Positions 28,859 to 37,633 of a DNA stretch of 64,000 nucleotides are shown piece after piece. The translations under genes were made by a program, and so were the position numbers. The stretch lies in the IMG/VR virus record IMGVR_UViG_3300027770_000027, positions 1-64,000 of that record, one strand, 5' to 3'. The stretch's first letter is position 1; the number at the start of each line of letters is the position of its first letter. The notes under the pieces were generated by a model. It was not told where the DNA came from and ran no database searches. It was given only the letters and a program-made list of their open reading frames with translations.

Positions 28859-29304
28859 GCTTTAGAAGATACTAATTTATGTATCTCAACTACAAGAGCA
28901 TCAACACGTTTAGTCAAATCTAAAATTTCTTTAGAAGTTTCAGCGGCTAACTGTTGATGCTCCAAGGAAGATTTGTGTAACTCTTCCCGATGTTCTGCAT
29001 CAGATTTTTCCCAGGCTTTGTCTCTTTCTGCTTGTCTAGTTTGAGCAAGTAAGATGAGAGGGGCTGCATATGCTGCTTGTGTACTAAATGCTAAATTTAG
29101 TAAAATAAAAGGATAAGGATCAAATGTTAATTTTTCAAAACAATTGTATACAATCCATATCACTACAAATATAGATTGGCCTATTAAAAATGTAGGAGTG
29201 CCGAAAAAACGAGCAAAGTTTTCAGCATAGGCACCAAACCGATTATCTCCAAATGGTTGGTGATTGACAAATCCGTCTTTATCTAAAGAAGAATTATTTT
29301 CCAT
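28855..29304 (-). CDS. DUF1003-family membrane protein
   Basis: FARFFGTPTF...FDPYPFILLNLAFSTQAAYAAPLILLAQTRQAERD. Confidence 0.85.
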   Translation of the reverse strand: MENNSSLDKDGFVNHQPFGDNRFGAYAENFARFFGTPTFLIGQSIFVVIWIVYNCFEKLTFDPYPFILLNLAFSTQAAYAAPLILLAQTRQAERDKAWEKSDAEHREELHKSSLEHQQLAAETSKEILDLTKRVDALVVEIHKLVSSKA

Positions 29305-29473
29305 TCTTCTTTTTTGGATTAGCAATTGATTTAGCAATTGCAGCATTACGCTTTTTTAGGTAACCGTCTGTTTTATCAACTTTGCCATCATCATTGACAT
29401 CGTCTTTAGAAAAATCAAGTTTCTTTTTAGTGGCTTCAAGAATTGAACTAACAAATGCATCAAAAGAGATCAT
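29294..29473 (-). CDS. 59-aa protein with an EF-hand/dockerin-like loop (below ORF-track cutoff)
   Basis: Hand translation MISFDAFVSSILEATKKKLDFSKDDVNDDGKVDKTDGYLKKRNAAIAKSIANPKKKNGK; GTAAATA upstream. Confidence 0.65.
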   Translation of the reverse strand: MISFDAFVSSILEATKKKLDFSKDDVNDDGKVDKTDGYLKKRNAAIAKSIANPKKKNGK

Positions 29474-29897
29474 ATGATATATTTACACACTCTATATCAT
29501 AAAATTTAAAAATTTCTAAAGCTGATTGATCTCTGTGATACATTTCCTTATAAACCACCTTTTTAACTCCATGTCCGGCAATTAAAGTAGCACATGCTTG
29601 ACAAGGCAGTAGTGTACATGCTAGTAGTTTACATTTACCTCTTTTAAAGAGAGACAAGAGGTTTGCCTCTGCGTGTATCATATACATTCGTCGTTGATCT
29701 CTGTCAGTCCAAAAAGAAGCATCAACACTTTTACCAGGAGCGAGTCCGTTGTAACCAGTTCCTAGGATTCTATTCTTTTTGTCCAAGGCACAAGCCCCAA
29801 CTCTTTTATAAGGATCTTCTGAACGAAGTGCTGCATCTGTCGCAATACGCATTGCGTATTCTTCCCAACTTATCCGGCTATCAGAAATGGGTTCCAT
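29460..29897 (-). CDS. dCMP deaminase
   Basis: RSEDP..RVGAC, GTGYNG, HAEAN, LLPCQACA. Confidence 0.9.
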   Translation of the reverse strand: MEPISDSRISWEEYAMRIATDAALRSEDPYKRVGACALDKKNRILGTGYNGLAPGKSVDASFWTDRDQRRMYMIHAEANLLSLFKRGKCKLLACTLLPCQACATLIAGHGVKKVVYKEMYHRDQSALEIFKFYDIECVNISYDLF

Positions 29898-30460
29898 TCT
29901 TTAATATCGTATCTATTGCGAATATAAACGGTGGTGGGCATTGCAGAGGGTTCTTTGGCAGGTTTGATCAAGTGCAATCCTGCTTCGATTGGAGTCTTGT
30001 CCCCTTTTTGTGTATTAATGTCTTTATGAGACAATACACAATTAGACCAAGTGGTTTTGCCGCCCCTGGATTTTGGCACAATATGATCAATGTTACCTTC
30101 ATTTGGAGTTAACTTCTTTCCGGAGTATTGACATATGCCACCATCTCGTTCCCAAATATTTTTAGAAGTAAATCTAAGTCGTCTGCGAGGCACCTTATTA
30201 AATTTACACAACACAATTATTTTTGGAATCTTGATATCTCCTCTGACAGTTTTAACATAATCTGAATGAGGATCATGTGGCAATTTAACCCAATCATCCC
30301 ATTTCAAAGGAGTCATATCATCTTCTCCCTCTATATTTAGACCTGTGGCGGCGTCACAGAACATCATTGAAAGAGCATCTAGTGGATTTTTCACATTGAT
30401 GGCTTGCCAGCTCTTGTTTAACACAAGAACACTATTTCTTTCTAGTTTACAATTTTCCAT
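29870..30460 (-). CDS. HNH endonuclease (McrA-like)
   Basis: VLVLNKSW, NIWERDGGICQYSG, NIDHIVPKSRGG, NCVLSH...N..KG. Confidence 0.9.
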   Translation of the reverse strand: MENCKLERNSVLVLNKSWQAINVKNPLDALSMMFCDAATGLNIEGEDDMTPLKWDDWVKLPHDPHSDYVKTVRGDIKIPKIIVLCKFNKVPRRRLRFTSKNIWERDGGICQYSGKKLTPNEGNIDHIVPKSRGGKTTWSNCVLSHKDINTQKGDKTPIEAGLHLIKPAKEPSAMPTTVYIRNRYDIKEWNPFLIAG

Positions 30461-30502
30461 ATCCTGTATTATATTATACAATATATCAGGGAATGTCAAT
30501 CT

Positions 30503-30868
30503 TTAAACTGCTGGTGGTGGCTGAGTAGAAGCATCTGGAGCTTTGTCTTCGGCTTTTTTTGTCAACTTAATATCAAGAGACGGATTGTTTTTAAGCATTG
30601 CGAGAGCATAGTTGTTTGCTCCTTTTTTCCAATCAAATGCTTTTGGTTGGCCTTGTTGCTTAAATACTTTGCCATTGATTAATAGGTACCACGGACCTCT
30701 ATCATGATCTCTAAAACGCGCGGCTTCTTTTTTACCACCTGGGTCATCTTGATAATCATCATATCCTCCACCCAAAGCATTTCCGTCTGCGTCATGATAT
30801 TTGTCATAACGACTTTGACCAAACCTTGATTCCTTTAATATCTGATTGACTGCTTTATCGAAGTTCAT
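30503..30868 (-). CDS. Hypothetical protein, possible internal head protein
   Basis: MNFDKAVNQILKES N-terminus. Confidence 0.5.
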   Translation of the reverse strand: MNFDKAVNQILKESRFGQSRYDKYHDADGNALGGGYDDYQDDPGGKKEAARFRDHDRGPWYLLINGKVFKQQGQPKAFDWKKGANNYALAMLKNNPSLDIKLTKKAEDKAPDASTQPPPAV

Positions 30869-30872
30869 ATTT

Positions 30873-31427
30873 TTATTTATCTCTCAACACACCAATGTAT
30901 GGCAAATTTCTATAAAGACCATTATAGTCTAAACCGTACCCAACTATAAATTCATTTTCTATATCAAAAGCTTTATAGTCTGCTTCTATTTCTATAGATC
31001 TTTTTACCTTTTTATTTAACATTACACAGGTTTTAACTTCTTTAGCTCCATTGTTTTCCATGGCTCTTTTAAGAGTGGACATGGTTAATCCCGAGTCTAA
31101 GATGTCATCAACTAATAAAATATTTTTACCATGACAGAAAGAAAGATCTTGAGAATTGTATACCACTAGACCAGTACTTTCTTTTCCTTGATAACTAGAA
31201 ACTTTAAGAGATACTAAATCAATATCTATTGTCATTTCTATAATTAAATTTGCTGCAAAGATTAAACTACCTTCTAATAGATAGACTACTGTTAATTCTT
31301 TGCCGTGATAATCTCTGCTAATTTGTCTGCCCAAAGATTGACTTTTACCAAGAATTACCTGCTTATTAAATAAAATCCGCTCTATATCTGGATGCACAAA
31401 AACTCCTGTGTTTAAATCTATAGCCAT
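30873..31427 (-). CDS. hpt: Hypoxanthine phosphoribosyltransferase
   Basis: LLEGSLIFAANL, VSSYQG..STG, PRPP-binding LLVDDILDSGLT, FIVGYGLDYNGLYRNLPYIG. Confidence 0.93.
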   Translation of the reverse strand: MAIDLNTGVFVHPDIERILFNKQVILGKSQSLGRQISRDYHGKELTVVYLLEGSLIFAANLIIEMTIDIDLVSLKVSSYQGKESTGLVVYNSQDLSFCHGKNILLVDDILDSGLTMSTLKRAMENNGAKEVKTCVMLNKKVKRSIEIEADYKAFDIENEFIVGYGLDYNGLYRNLPYIGVLRDK

Positions 31428-31463
31428 AAAATATTATGACCAATTTTCTGAAACAATCAACTA

Positions 31464-31628
31464 CTATTTCATTCTCAAGTCGTTTTTACTTATTATTTCA
31501 GGTTTTGAATTTTTAGTGGCCTTAACCTTATATAAGTCAGGAGTGACTTCTATAACATAAACAATTTGACCAAATGCTAGTGTTGGATGTGTTTTGATAC
31601 AAACAACACCTTGTGGATAGTTATTCAT
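31464..31628 (-). CDS. 54-aa hypothetical protein (below ORF-track cutoff)
   Basis: Hand translation MNNYPQGVVCIKTHPTLAFGQIVYVIEVTPDLYKVKATKNSKPEIISKNDLRMK; overlaps the upstream stop. Confidence 0.45.
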   Translation of the reverse strand: MNNYPQGVVCIKTHPTLAFGQIVYVIEVTPDLYKVKATKNSKPEIISKNDLRMK

Positions 31629-31803
31629 TTAAAGTATTTCCTATTAAACTAATAAAAAAATTAGTAGACTCTTTAGAATTTATTTCTATTGCAGCCCTTT
31701 GAGCCAAAGCTTTCTTTTTAGATAAAGATTTTTTACTAAAACATTTGCCAGAAGGCTTACACACTTTGTATCCCTTTCCCTTTTTTCTTATTTTGTATGG
31801 CAT
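31621..31803 (-). CDS. Small basic protein
   Basis: MPYKIRKKGKGYKVCKPSGKCFSKK...; GATAAGTA upstream. Confidence 0.55.
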   Translation of the reverse strand: MPYKIRKKGKGYKVCKPSGKCFSKKSLSKKKALAQRAAIEINSKESTNFFISLIGNTLNE

Positions 31804-31844
31804 AACTATACTTATCTTTTCTTTCTCTAGACTAAATAGATTAT

Positions 31845-34547
31845 ATGAATTTTAGGGAATTTTTTACAGAGGCTGGTAAGATCTTGTCCAAACAGGGTAT
31901 AGAACTATCTAGAGTAAACAAGCAAGACTTTTTAACAGCCAAAGCAAAATTAAACCCTATTCTTCAAAGGGCTGGGTTGACTGCTGGGTGGACTGCCGGT
32001 GGTGCGGGGAGTTTTGATCCAGAACACCCATATGGTGGTGGTGGCAGAGATGACTCTGGAGATATAGACATTTTAATAGATCCTGTAGAATTAATTCAAA
32101 AATTTCCTAAAGACATTGCAGAATACGTAAAAGAATTCAACGCAAGAGCCAAAACAGAAGGTAAAAAACCTATAGGTGATGTAGCTTTGAATAATGCTTT
32201 AGCAATACCTGCCAAGAAAAGTGAACTACAAATAAGTGCTAGTAAATGGGAGCTAGCAAAATATATGTCTCAAAATGGTTACGAAACTACTCCAGGAACT
32301 TTGACGTTACAATATTCTGTAAACGGAAAAAATCATTCTGTAGATTTAATTTTAAGACCCAAAAGTGCCTGGGAGTTACACACTCACGACTTTACAAAAG
32401 ATGCTGGAATGAGAGGAAGTGATCTTTGGTTAAAGATTTATCCTCTCTTGGCTAAGTTAGCTAGTAAAACAAAACTTCCACCAGATCCAAAAACTGGAGA
32501 AGAAAAGGGCAATTTACAATTTAGTCCAGAAAGGGGAGTAGTAGATAGAAATACCAATGAAGTGATAACTTCCAATAAAAATGAGATAGCAAAACTTTTA
32601 TTAGGACCAGATGCATCTGCTGTAGATTTAGCTAGTCTTTCTGGCATTAAAAATAAATTAATGAATCAACCCGAAAAATGGAATGCAATCAAAGAATTTT
32701 ATCCAATTAAAAATGAAAGCATGGACTTAGGAGTTTTAATGGAAGGCATTGACCATCCAGAGGATAATATTATTAATAACGGATATGAAGGAGCCGAACA
32801 GGCATTTAAACAAATGTCTTCTCTGGTCAAAAATAGTAAGACAGTTACCATTAAATGGGATGGTTTTCCAGCAATTATTTTTGGGTGGAAAGAAATTCCT
32901 TCTAAAAATAATCCAAACGGTCAATTTTTGTTTGTAGACAAACACATGTTTGATAAAATGGCTAAGAGTAAACTAGAGTTTACATCTATAGAAGATTATG
33001 ACAAAGGTCGCGGAGCCAATAGACAAAGCCTATGGGAAGCCGCAGCAATGATGGTCCCTACAATGAAAAAAATTGTTCCCATGACTCAAGATCAATACTT
33101 TTTCGGAGATCTTATGTGGTCTGGAATGCCTAAGATTCAAAACGGATATTATGTATTTGAACCCAACACCGTAAAGTATCAGGTCAAAATTGACTCTGAC
33201 TTGGGAAACACTATAGGCAAGAGTGTAGGTGGTATAGCCATACACACCTTTATACCATCTATGGGCGCGGAGGATAGACCGTTGAAGGGATTGCAGGGAT
33301 TAAAACAAAACAATGGAATAACTTTCTTAGTTGGGGAAATTAAAGAAAAACCAAAAATTGCTCTGTCTACAGACCAGTTATCTCAAACTCAAGAAATTCT
33401 TAACTCAAATAAACATGTTGTCAAACAATTTGTGGGTGATCTTAAAACGTTAAAATCTGCAGTTGTTTTATCCAGCATGTCGCCGTTTATTACTTCGATG
33501 TTAAGAGACAATGATATAGCATCTGATATAGTTCCTAGATTTTTAACATTTCTTAAAACTAGATTATCTGAAGGACAGTCTATAAAATTATTAGGCATTA
33601 ATAAAGACGGATGGCTTTATAAAGAAGGTGCTCGCGGTTTAATAGGAATTTGGTCTATATGGGCGGCTTTAACTGAATTAAAACTTAACATTAAAAAGCA
33701 AATAGACCTTCAACAAACCGGTCTTCCTGTACAGGCTCGGATAGGCGAAGAAGATTCTCATGAAGGATATGTTTTTGGATCCGGAGCTAATAAATTAAAA
33801 CTTATAGATCGACTAGGATTTAGTAAAGCAAATTTTGCCAAAAATAATGTTGCTGGAGAAGATGTTTCTTCAAAATTAAATATGCCCGCAGCTTCATTTT
33901 GTTTTGGTCGAATGAATCCACCAACTGTGGGTCACAAAGCTTTGATGCAAAAAACTATCGAAAAGGGTGGTACTAATTCTTTTATATTTTTAAGTAATAC
34001 TCAAAATTCAAAAAAAGACCCACTAAATCCAGATATTAAATCTCAATTTGTAAAATTAATTTATCCAGAATTTGCTCCACATGTTGTTGATGAGAAAGTA
34101 TTAAATCCGATTTATGCTGCAAATTATCTATATGCTAAAGGTTTTAGAAATTTAATTTTTATTGCTGGCTCTGATAGATTGGGTGATAATCAAGGTAGTC
34201 TTGAAAAATTATTGACTAGTTGGAACAGTGGGGCTATTAGAACCAAAGATACTAATTTTGGCCCACAAGGAAGAGAACAAGTGGCTTTAAGATTTGTTAG
34301 CAGTGGAGACAGAGATCCAGATGCTACCGAAGGAGACGTAAGTGGTATATCTGCTTCTTTAGCGAGAAAGTTAGCAACTGAAGGCAATGAACAAGGATTT
34401 TATAAAGCCACAGGAGTTTCTTCTAATCTAGTAGTTGCTGGTAAAAATCTCTATCAAGCTGTAAGAGAAGGAATGGGACTTTCAACTGTTAAACCACCCG
34501 TATCTGAAAGTATCATTAGTTTCAAAGAATTTCTCTTTAAAACTTAA
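31845..34547 (+). CDS. Three-domain nucleotidyltransferase fusion (Pol-beta-like NTase + ligase-fold/DUF6267-like + HxGH cytidylyl/adenylyltransferase)
   Basis: GS(55-56)...DID(73-75); KWDG(337), GDL(421), EGY(640), KLKLID(650); FGRMNPPTVGH(687-697), AGSDR, ISAS..R. Confidence 0.8.
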   Translation: MNFREFFTEAGKILSKQGIELSRVNKQDFLTAKAKLNPILQRAGLTAGWTAGGAGSFDPEHPYGGGGRDDSGDIDILIDPVELIQKFPKDIAEYVKEFNARAKTEGKKPIGDVALNNALAIPAKKSELQISASKWELAKYMSQNGYETTPGTLTLQYSVNGKNHSVDLILRPKSAWELHTHDFTKDAGMRGSDLWLKIYPLLAKLASKTKLPPDPKTGEEKGNLQFSPERGVVDRNTNEVITSNKNEIAKLLLGPDASAVDLASLSGIKNKLMNQPEKWNAIKEFYPIKNESMDLGVLMEGIDHPEDNIINNGYEGAEQAFKQMSSLVKNSKTVTIKWDGFPAIIFGWKEIPSKNNPNGQFLFVDKHMFDKMAKSKLEFTSIEDYDKGRGANRQSLWEAAAMMVPTMKKIVPMTQDQYFFGDLMWSGMPKIQNGYYVFEPNTVKYQVKIDSDLGNTIGKSVGGIAIHTFIPSMGAEDRPLKGLQGLKQNNGITFLVGEIKEKPKIALSTDQLSQTQEILNSNKHVVKQFVGDLKTLKSAVVLSSMSPFITSMLRDNDIASDIVPRFLTFLKTRLSEGQSIKLLGINKDGWLYKEGARGLIGIWSIWAALTELKLNIKKQIDLQQTGLPVQARIGEEDSHEGYVFGSGANKLKLIDRLGFSKANFAKNNVAGEDVSSKLNMPAASFCFGRMNPPTVGHKALMQKTIEKGGTNSFIFLSNTQNSKKDPLNPDIKSQFVKLIYPEFAPHVVDEKVLNPIYAANYLYAKGFRNLIFIAGSDRLGDNQGSLEKLLTSWNSGAIRTKDTNFGPQGREQVALRFVSSGDRDPDATEGDVSGISASLARKLATEGNEQGFYKATGVSSNLVVAGKNLYQAVREGMGLSTVKPPVSESIISFKEFLFKT

Positions 34548-34888
34548 TCTACATCATAAGAATGTTTTTTGAAAAAGACCGCCCATACCAACAAAGCTGG
34601 GCGGTCTATATCTAATTCCCAAATTGGGTCCACCATAAATCCATCGGCATATGTTATAGCAGATATAACAGTACAAATTTCTGAAGCCATGTCGGCCATT
34701 TGAGAAGGAAATTTTTTAAGGTCTTTTGAAGATTTCCAATAAATTTCTATTTCTAAAAATGGTTCAGATATCAATGCAGATCCTTTATTTCTGTAATAAA
34801 TAATAGCCTTTTGAGCTTTATATTTTTCAATAAATTTATCTGTACATTTTTCTGTTATTCTAAATAGCGGGTGTTCCGTTATTTCCAT
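34544..34888 (-). CDS. Hypothetical protein
   Basis: 114-aa ORF convergent with the NTase gene. Confidence 0.5.
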   Translation of the reverse strand: MEITEHPLFRITEKCTDKFIEKYKAQKAIIYYRNKGSALISEPFLEIEIYWKSSKDLKKFPSQMADMASEICTVISAITYADGFMVDPIWELDIDRPALLVWAVFFKKHSYDVD

Positions 34889-34892
34889 GAAA

Positions 34893-35096
34893 TCATTTTA
34901 AACTGCTTTTCATAGATAGCAACTCTTTAATAGAATCTTCTAAGGACTGTGGAGTGGCTAACATACCCTGTTTTGGAGGTTCTACATATCCAATTTGCAT
35001 GTATTCCTCAGAGACAATATCATTCATTAGACTAAAGACATCGTGGGATAATTGTCTGATTAACGGATCTCCCTCTCTCTGGATGCCTCCCATCAT
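34893..35096 (-). CDS. Hypothetical protein
   Basis: Likely start ATG overlaps the endolysin stop (ATGA). Confidence 0.45.
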   Translation of the reverse strand: MMGGIQREGDPLIRQLSHDVFSLMNDIVSEEYMQIGYVEPPKQGMLATPQSLEDSIKELLSMKSSLK

Positions 35097-35704
35097 ACAC
35101 AAGATTCCATTAAAGTTGCTTCTGCATCTCTTCTTTTTAACAATCCGTCTAGACCCTGGCCTTCCCAAATTCTTTTCATAGCTCTAAATTCTGCTGCAAT
35201 TTTTTTATAATTTTTGTCTGGCACCAAAGCTCTAATATTTCGCATTTCTCTTCTTGAGTCTCCAGACATGCTAGTGCCTCTATTAAACACCAAAGAAACT
35301 ATAGTACCGTAAGCATCTTCATGCAATTCTGTTAAATCTGGAAAAGCCTTTTCTGCTGCTTTTGAAAATTTAGGCCAAGTCAAATCTTCAAAAATTTCTA
35401 CAGCATGATCCCAAGTAACAACAATACCCGCTTTTCTCAATTCTAATGTATAGTCTTTACCGCGTTGTTTTGTTTTGCCCGCTGCTCCTTGTATTAAGTG
35501 TATTTGATCTTCTGGTAAAAATTTAAATATAGATGCAATTTCTTGAGGATTATAATATGCGGTATCTATTCCGATTCCAATAGTAGGACCACTAGCTCCA
35601 CCAGGCCAAGTAAACCTTGAAAGTTTCTTTTCATAATAAGCCTTACCTCCACCAACTTCATATTCAAATAATAAATTTAAAGTATTTTTAGATGGTTTTT
35701 TCAT
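35093..35704 (-). CDS. Endolysin, pesticin-like / T4-lysozyme-fold muramidase
   Basis: FEYEVG...WPGGASGPTIGIGID...IVSLVFNRG...MKRIW...GLLKRRDAEA. Confidence 0.85.
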   Translation of the reverse strand: MKKPSKNTLNLLFEYEVGGGKAYYEKKLSRFTWPGGASGPTIGIGIDTAYYNPQEIASIFKFLPEDQIHLIQGAAGKTKQRGKDYTLELRKAGIVVTWDHAVEIFEDLTWPKFSKAAEKAFPDLTELHEDAYGTIVSLVFNRGTSMSGDSRREMRNIRALVPDKNYKKIAAEFRAMKRIWEGQGLDGLLKRRDAEATLMESCV

Positions 35705-36033
35705 ACAGTATAATCATCCTCCTTCACATTGTGGGTTAATTTTTCTTCTATGATATGAGTTACTTGTTTAATCTCTTGTTTAGACTCTTGATTAATATTT
35801 TGAGAAGAAGAATTTACCGAAAATAATTTCATAGTTTCTGTTCCAGAATATCCCATAATAAAGGCGCCACTCAAAAATGTTAAAAATGTTAAATAGCTAT
35901 CTACCTTTTGTATAGTTCCAGTAGCATCTAAACCCAAAACTATAAACATACAAATTAAAAAAACAATCAACCATCGTTGACGATTTCCTTGTAAAAATCC
36001 CTCCTTTTCGTGTACGTTTCGTTTCTTATCCAT
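35701..36033 (-). CDS. Putative holin
   Basis: Two TM helices and charged termini; overlaps the endolysin start. Confidence 0.6.
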   Translation of the reverse strand: MDKKRNVHEKEGFLQGNRQRWLIVFLICMFIVLGLDATGTIQKVDSYLTFLTFLSGAFIMGYSGTETMKLFSVNSSSQNINQESKQEIKQVTHIIEEKLTHNVKEDDYTV

Positions 36034-36142
36034 ATCTTATAATTAGGGAGACCAGCAGTCCTAAAAGAAAATAACACTTACGAGGATGTTCTTCTTCTAT
36101 ATCTATGGTCCAATTTAAAAGGGCTATGATGAAGTCTGTCAT
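36026..36142 (-). CDS. 38-aa hydrophobic peptide in the lysis cassette (below ORF-track cutoff)
   Basis: Hand translation MTDFIIALLNWTIDIEEEHPRKCYFLLGLLVSLIIRYG; its stop overlaps the holin start. Confidence 0.45.
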   Translation of the reverse strand: MTDFIIALLNWTIDIEEEHPRKCYFLLGLLVSLIIRYG

Positions 36143-36157
36143 ATAATTTAACATAAT

Positions 36158-36730
36158 TTAAAAGGGCATTAAGCCTCGTATTTTTAAAAATACATATAAG
36201 CCAATAGCCATCATTAATAGGCCTATAATTACATTTCGCTTCAACAAAGCAAGTTGTTTGTCCTTTATCTCTAATACTAGATTATCATAATCTCTCAACA
36301 ATTGAGATTTTGCATCTCTTTGTTCTACTAGAGCTTTATAAACTTCTTCTTTTTCTTTCTGCAGATTTTCAAATTCTGTTTTTAATTGTTCTGCATTTTC
36401 CTTTATTTCTAAAAGTTTTCTATACTCATCAGACCCAACAACAACAATTTGCATGCCTTTAAGAGAAGGTGGAACTACTATAACATTTTTACCTATATCT
36501 GAAGAGGTTGCCTTAGAAACAATGGGTTTGATTAATATAGGTTCTTTAGGTGGATCTACTAAAGTCTTGGCTTGTTTGGCATATTGATCTGCCAGATCTA
36601 TTCTACCTAGATCTATAGAATCACTGGAGGCGTATACAGCCCTTGATAACGGCTCAGAATCTTTGGGAATATATCTTGTAGGTGCACAAGAAGTTAACAT
36701 ACAAACTAGCAATAAAAAAATCCTCTTCAT
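36158..36730 (-). CDS. Putative unimolecular spanin
   Basis: Lipobox LTS-C15, Ala at +2, coiled coil, C-terminal TM NVIIGLLMMAIGLYVFL. Confidence 0.65.
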   Translation of the reverse strand: MKRIFLLLVCMLTSCAPTRYIPKDSEPLSRAVYASSDSIDLGRIDLADQYAKQAKTLVDPPKEPILIKPIVSKATSSDIGKNVIVVPPSLKGMQIVVVGSDEYRKLLEIKENAEQLKTEFENLQKEKEEVYKALVEQRDAKSQLLRDYDNLVLEIKDKQLALLKRNVIIGLLMMAIGLYVFLKIRGLMPF

Positions 36731-36808
36731 GTAACTATTTACACAAAGAGGATTATACTAACCTGATTAGGCATACTAACTTGAGCTATGTTAGCATGCC
36801 GTGTGAAG

Positions 36809-37075
36809 TTATTTAGCAGAACTAGACATCATTCGATGTACACCAGAACCTCGACCGGTATAACGACCGTAAGGATTATATTTCTTCCACTCTTTATGAG
36901 CATCTTCAGAAATAATCTGGATAGCTCCGGCGGTCTTATGGCCAAAAACCATGACACCACGAGGCTTAGACTTCTGGCCCATGCCCTGCTTAGCACACCC
37001 ACTACAAACTTTAGTCTCCGGCAAAACTTCTAGACGCTCAAATTCAATCAGATAATCACAAGATAAGCAATTCAT
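36809..37075 (-). CDS. TraR/DksA-type C4 zinc-finger protein
   Basis: CLSC..LIEFERLEVLPETKVCSGC. Confidence 0.75.
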   Translation of the reverse strand: MNCLSCDYLIEFERLEVLPETKVCSGCAKQGMGQKSKPRGVMVFGHKTAGAIQIISEDAHKEWKKYNPYGRYTGRGSGVHRMMSSSAK

Positions 37076-37087
37076 ATTGTGATAATA

Positions 37088-37609
37088 TTATTGAGTAATT
37101 GGGGGAAGATCAAGATCTTTCCGATGAATAATATACCGTTTGCCAGTAGCTACTACTGCTTCCATTTCTTTAACAATCCGAGTAGCGTCCTCGTGTCTGC
37201 CGAGATCCCGTAATTCCTTAGCAAACTTCAAAGTTCGCTTGCGGCCAGTTAGTTTGTATTTCTTTATTCGACGATGATCTTCTCCTATCTTCCAACCATA
37301 TTTCTGAAAGATCATTTCTGGAGTATAAGGTTCTTCTTCCAAGGTCCAAACCGCGTGTCCCGGTTTGTCATTATCATCCATCATGAAATTGTTACAATAG
37401 ACCTTTTGTCCTGTAACAACATTAAACATGTTGATGCGATACCTTCCAATACCCAAGCGATTGTTGCCGGTAGTTCGAAAGATTGTCTTCTCTCTAAGAA
37501 GAATGCTTGCTTGGGTTTCATGATCGAATACGATGGCACCCGAAGGGGCTGAGATGGTCATATCCTTAAAGACCTGACCTTGGTAGTTAGTCATTGCAAT
37601 ATAAGCCAT
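37088..37609 (-). CDS. Hypothetical protein
   Basis: 173 aa; TTGCCA-17-GATAAT promoter 5 nt upstream of the ATG. Confidence 0.55.
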   Translation of the reverse strand: MAYIAMTNYQGQVFKDMTISAPSGAIVFDHETQASILLREKTIFRTTGNNRLGIGRYRINMFNVVTGQKVYCNNFMMDDNDKPGHAVWTLEEEPYTPEMIFQKYGWKIGEDHRRIKKYKLTGRKRTLKFAKELRDLGRHEDATRIVKEMEAVVATGKRYIIHRKDLDLPPITQ

Positions 37610-37633
37610 GACCTATTATCTAAAATTTTTATA

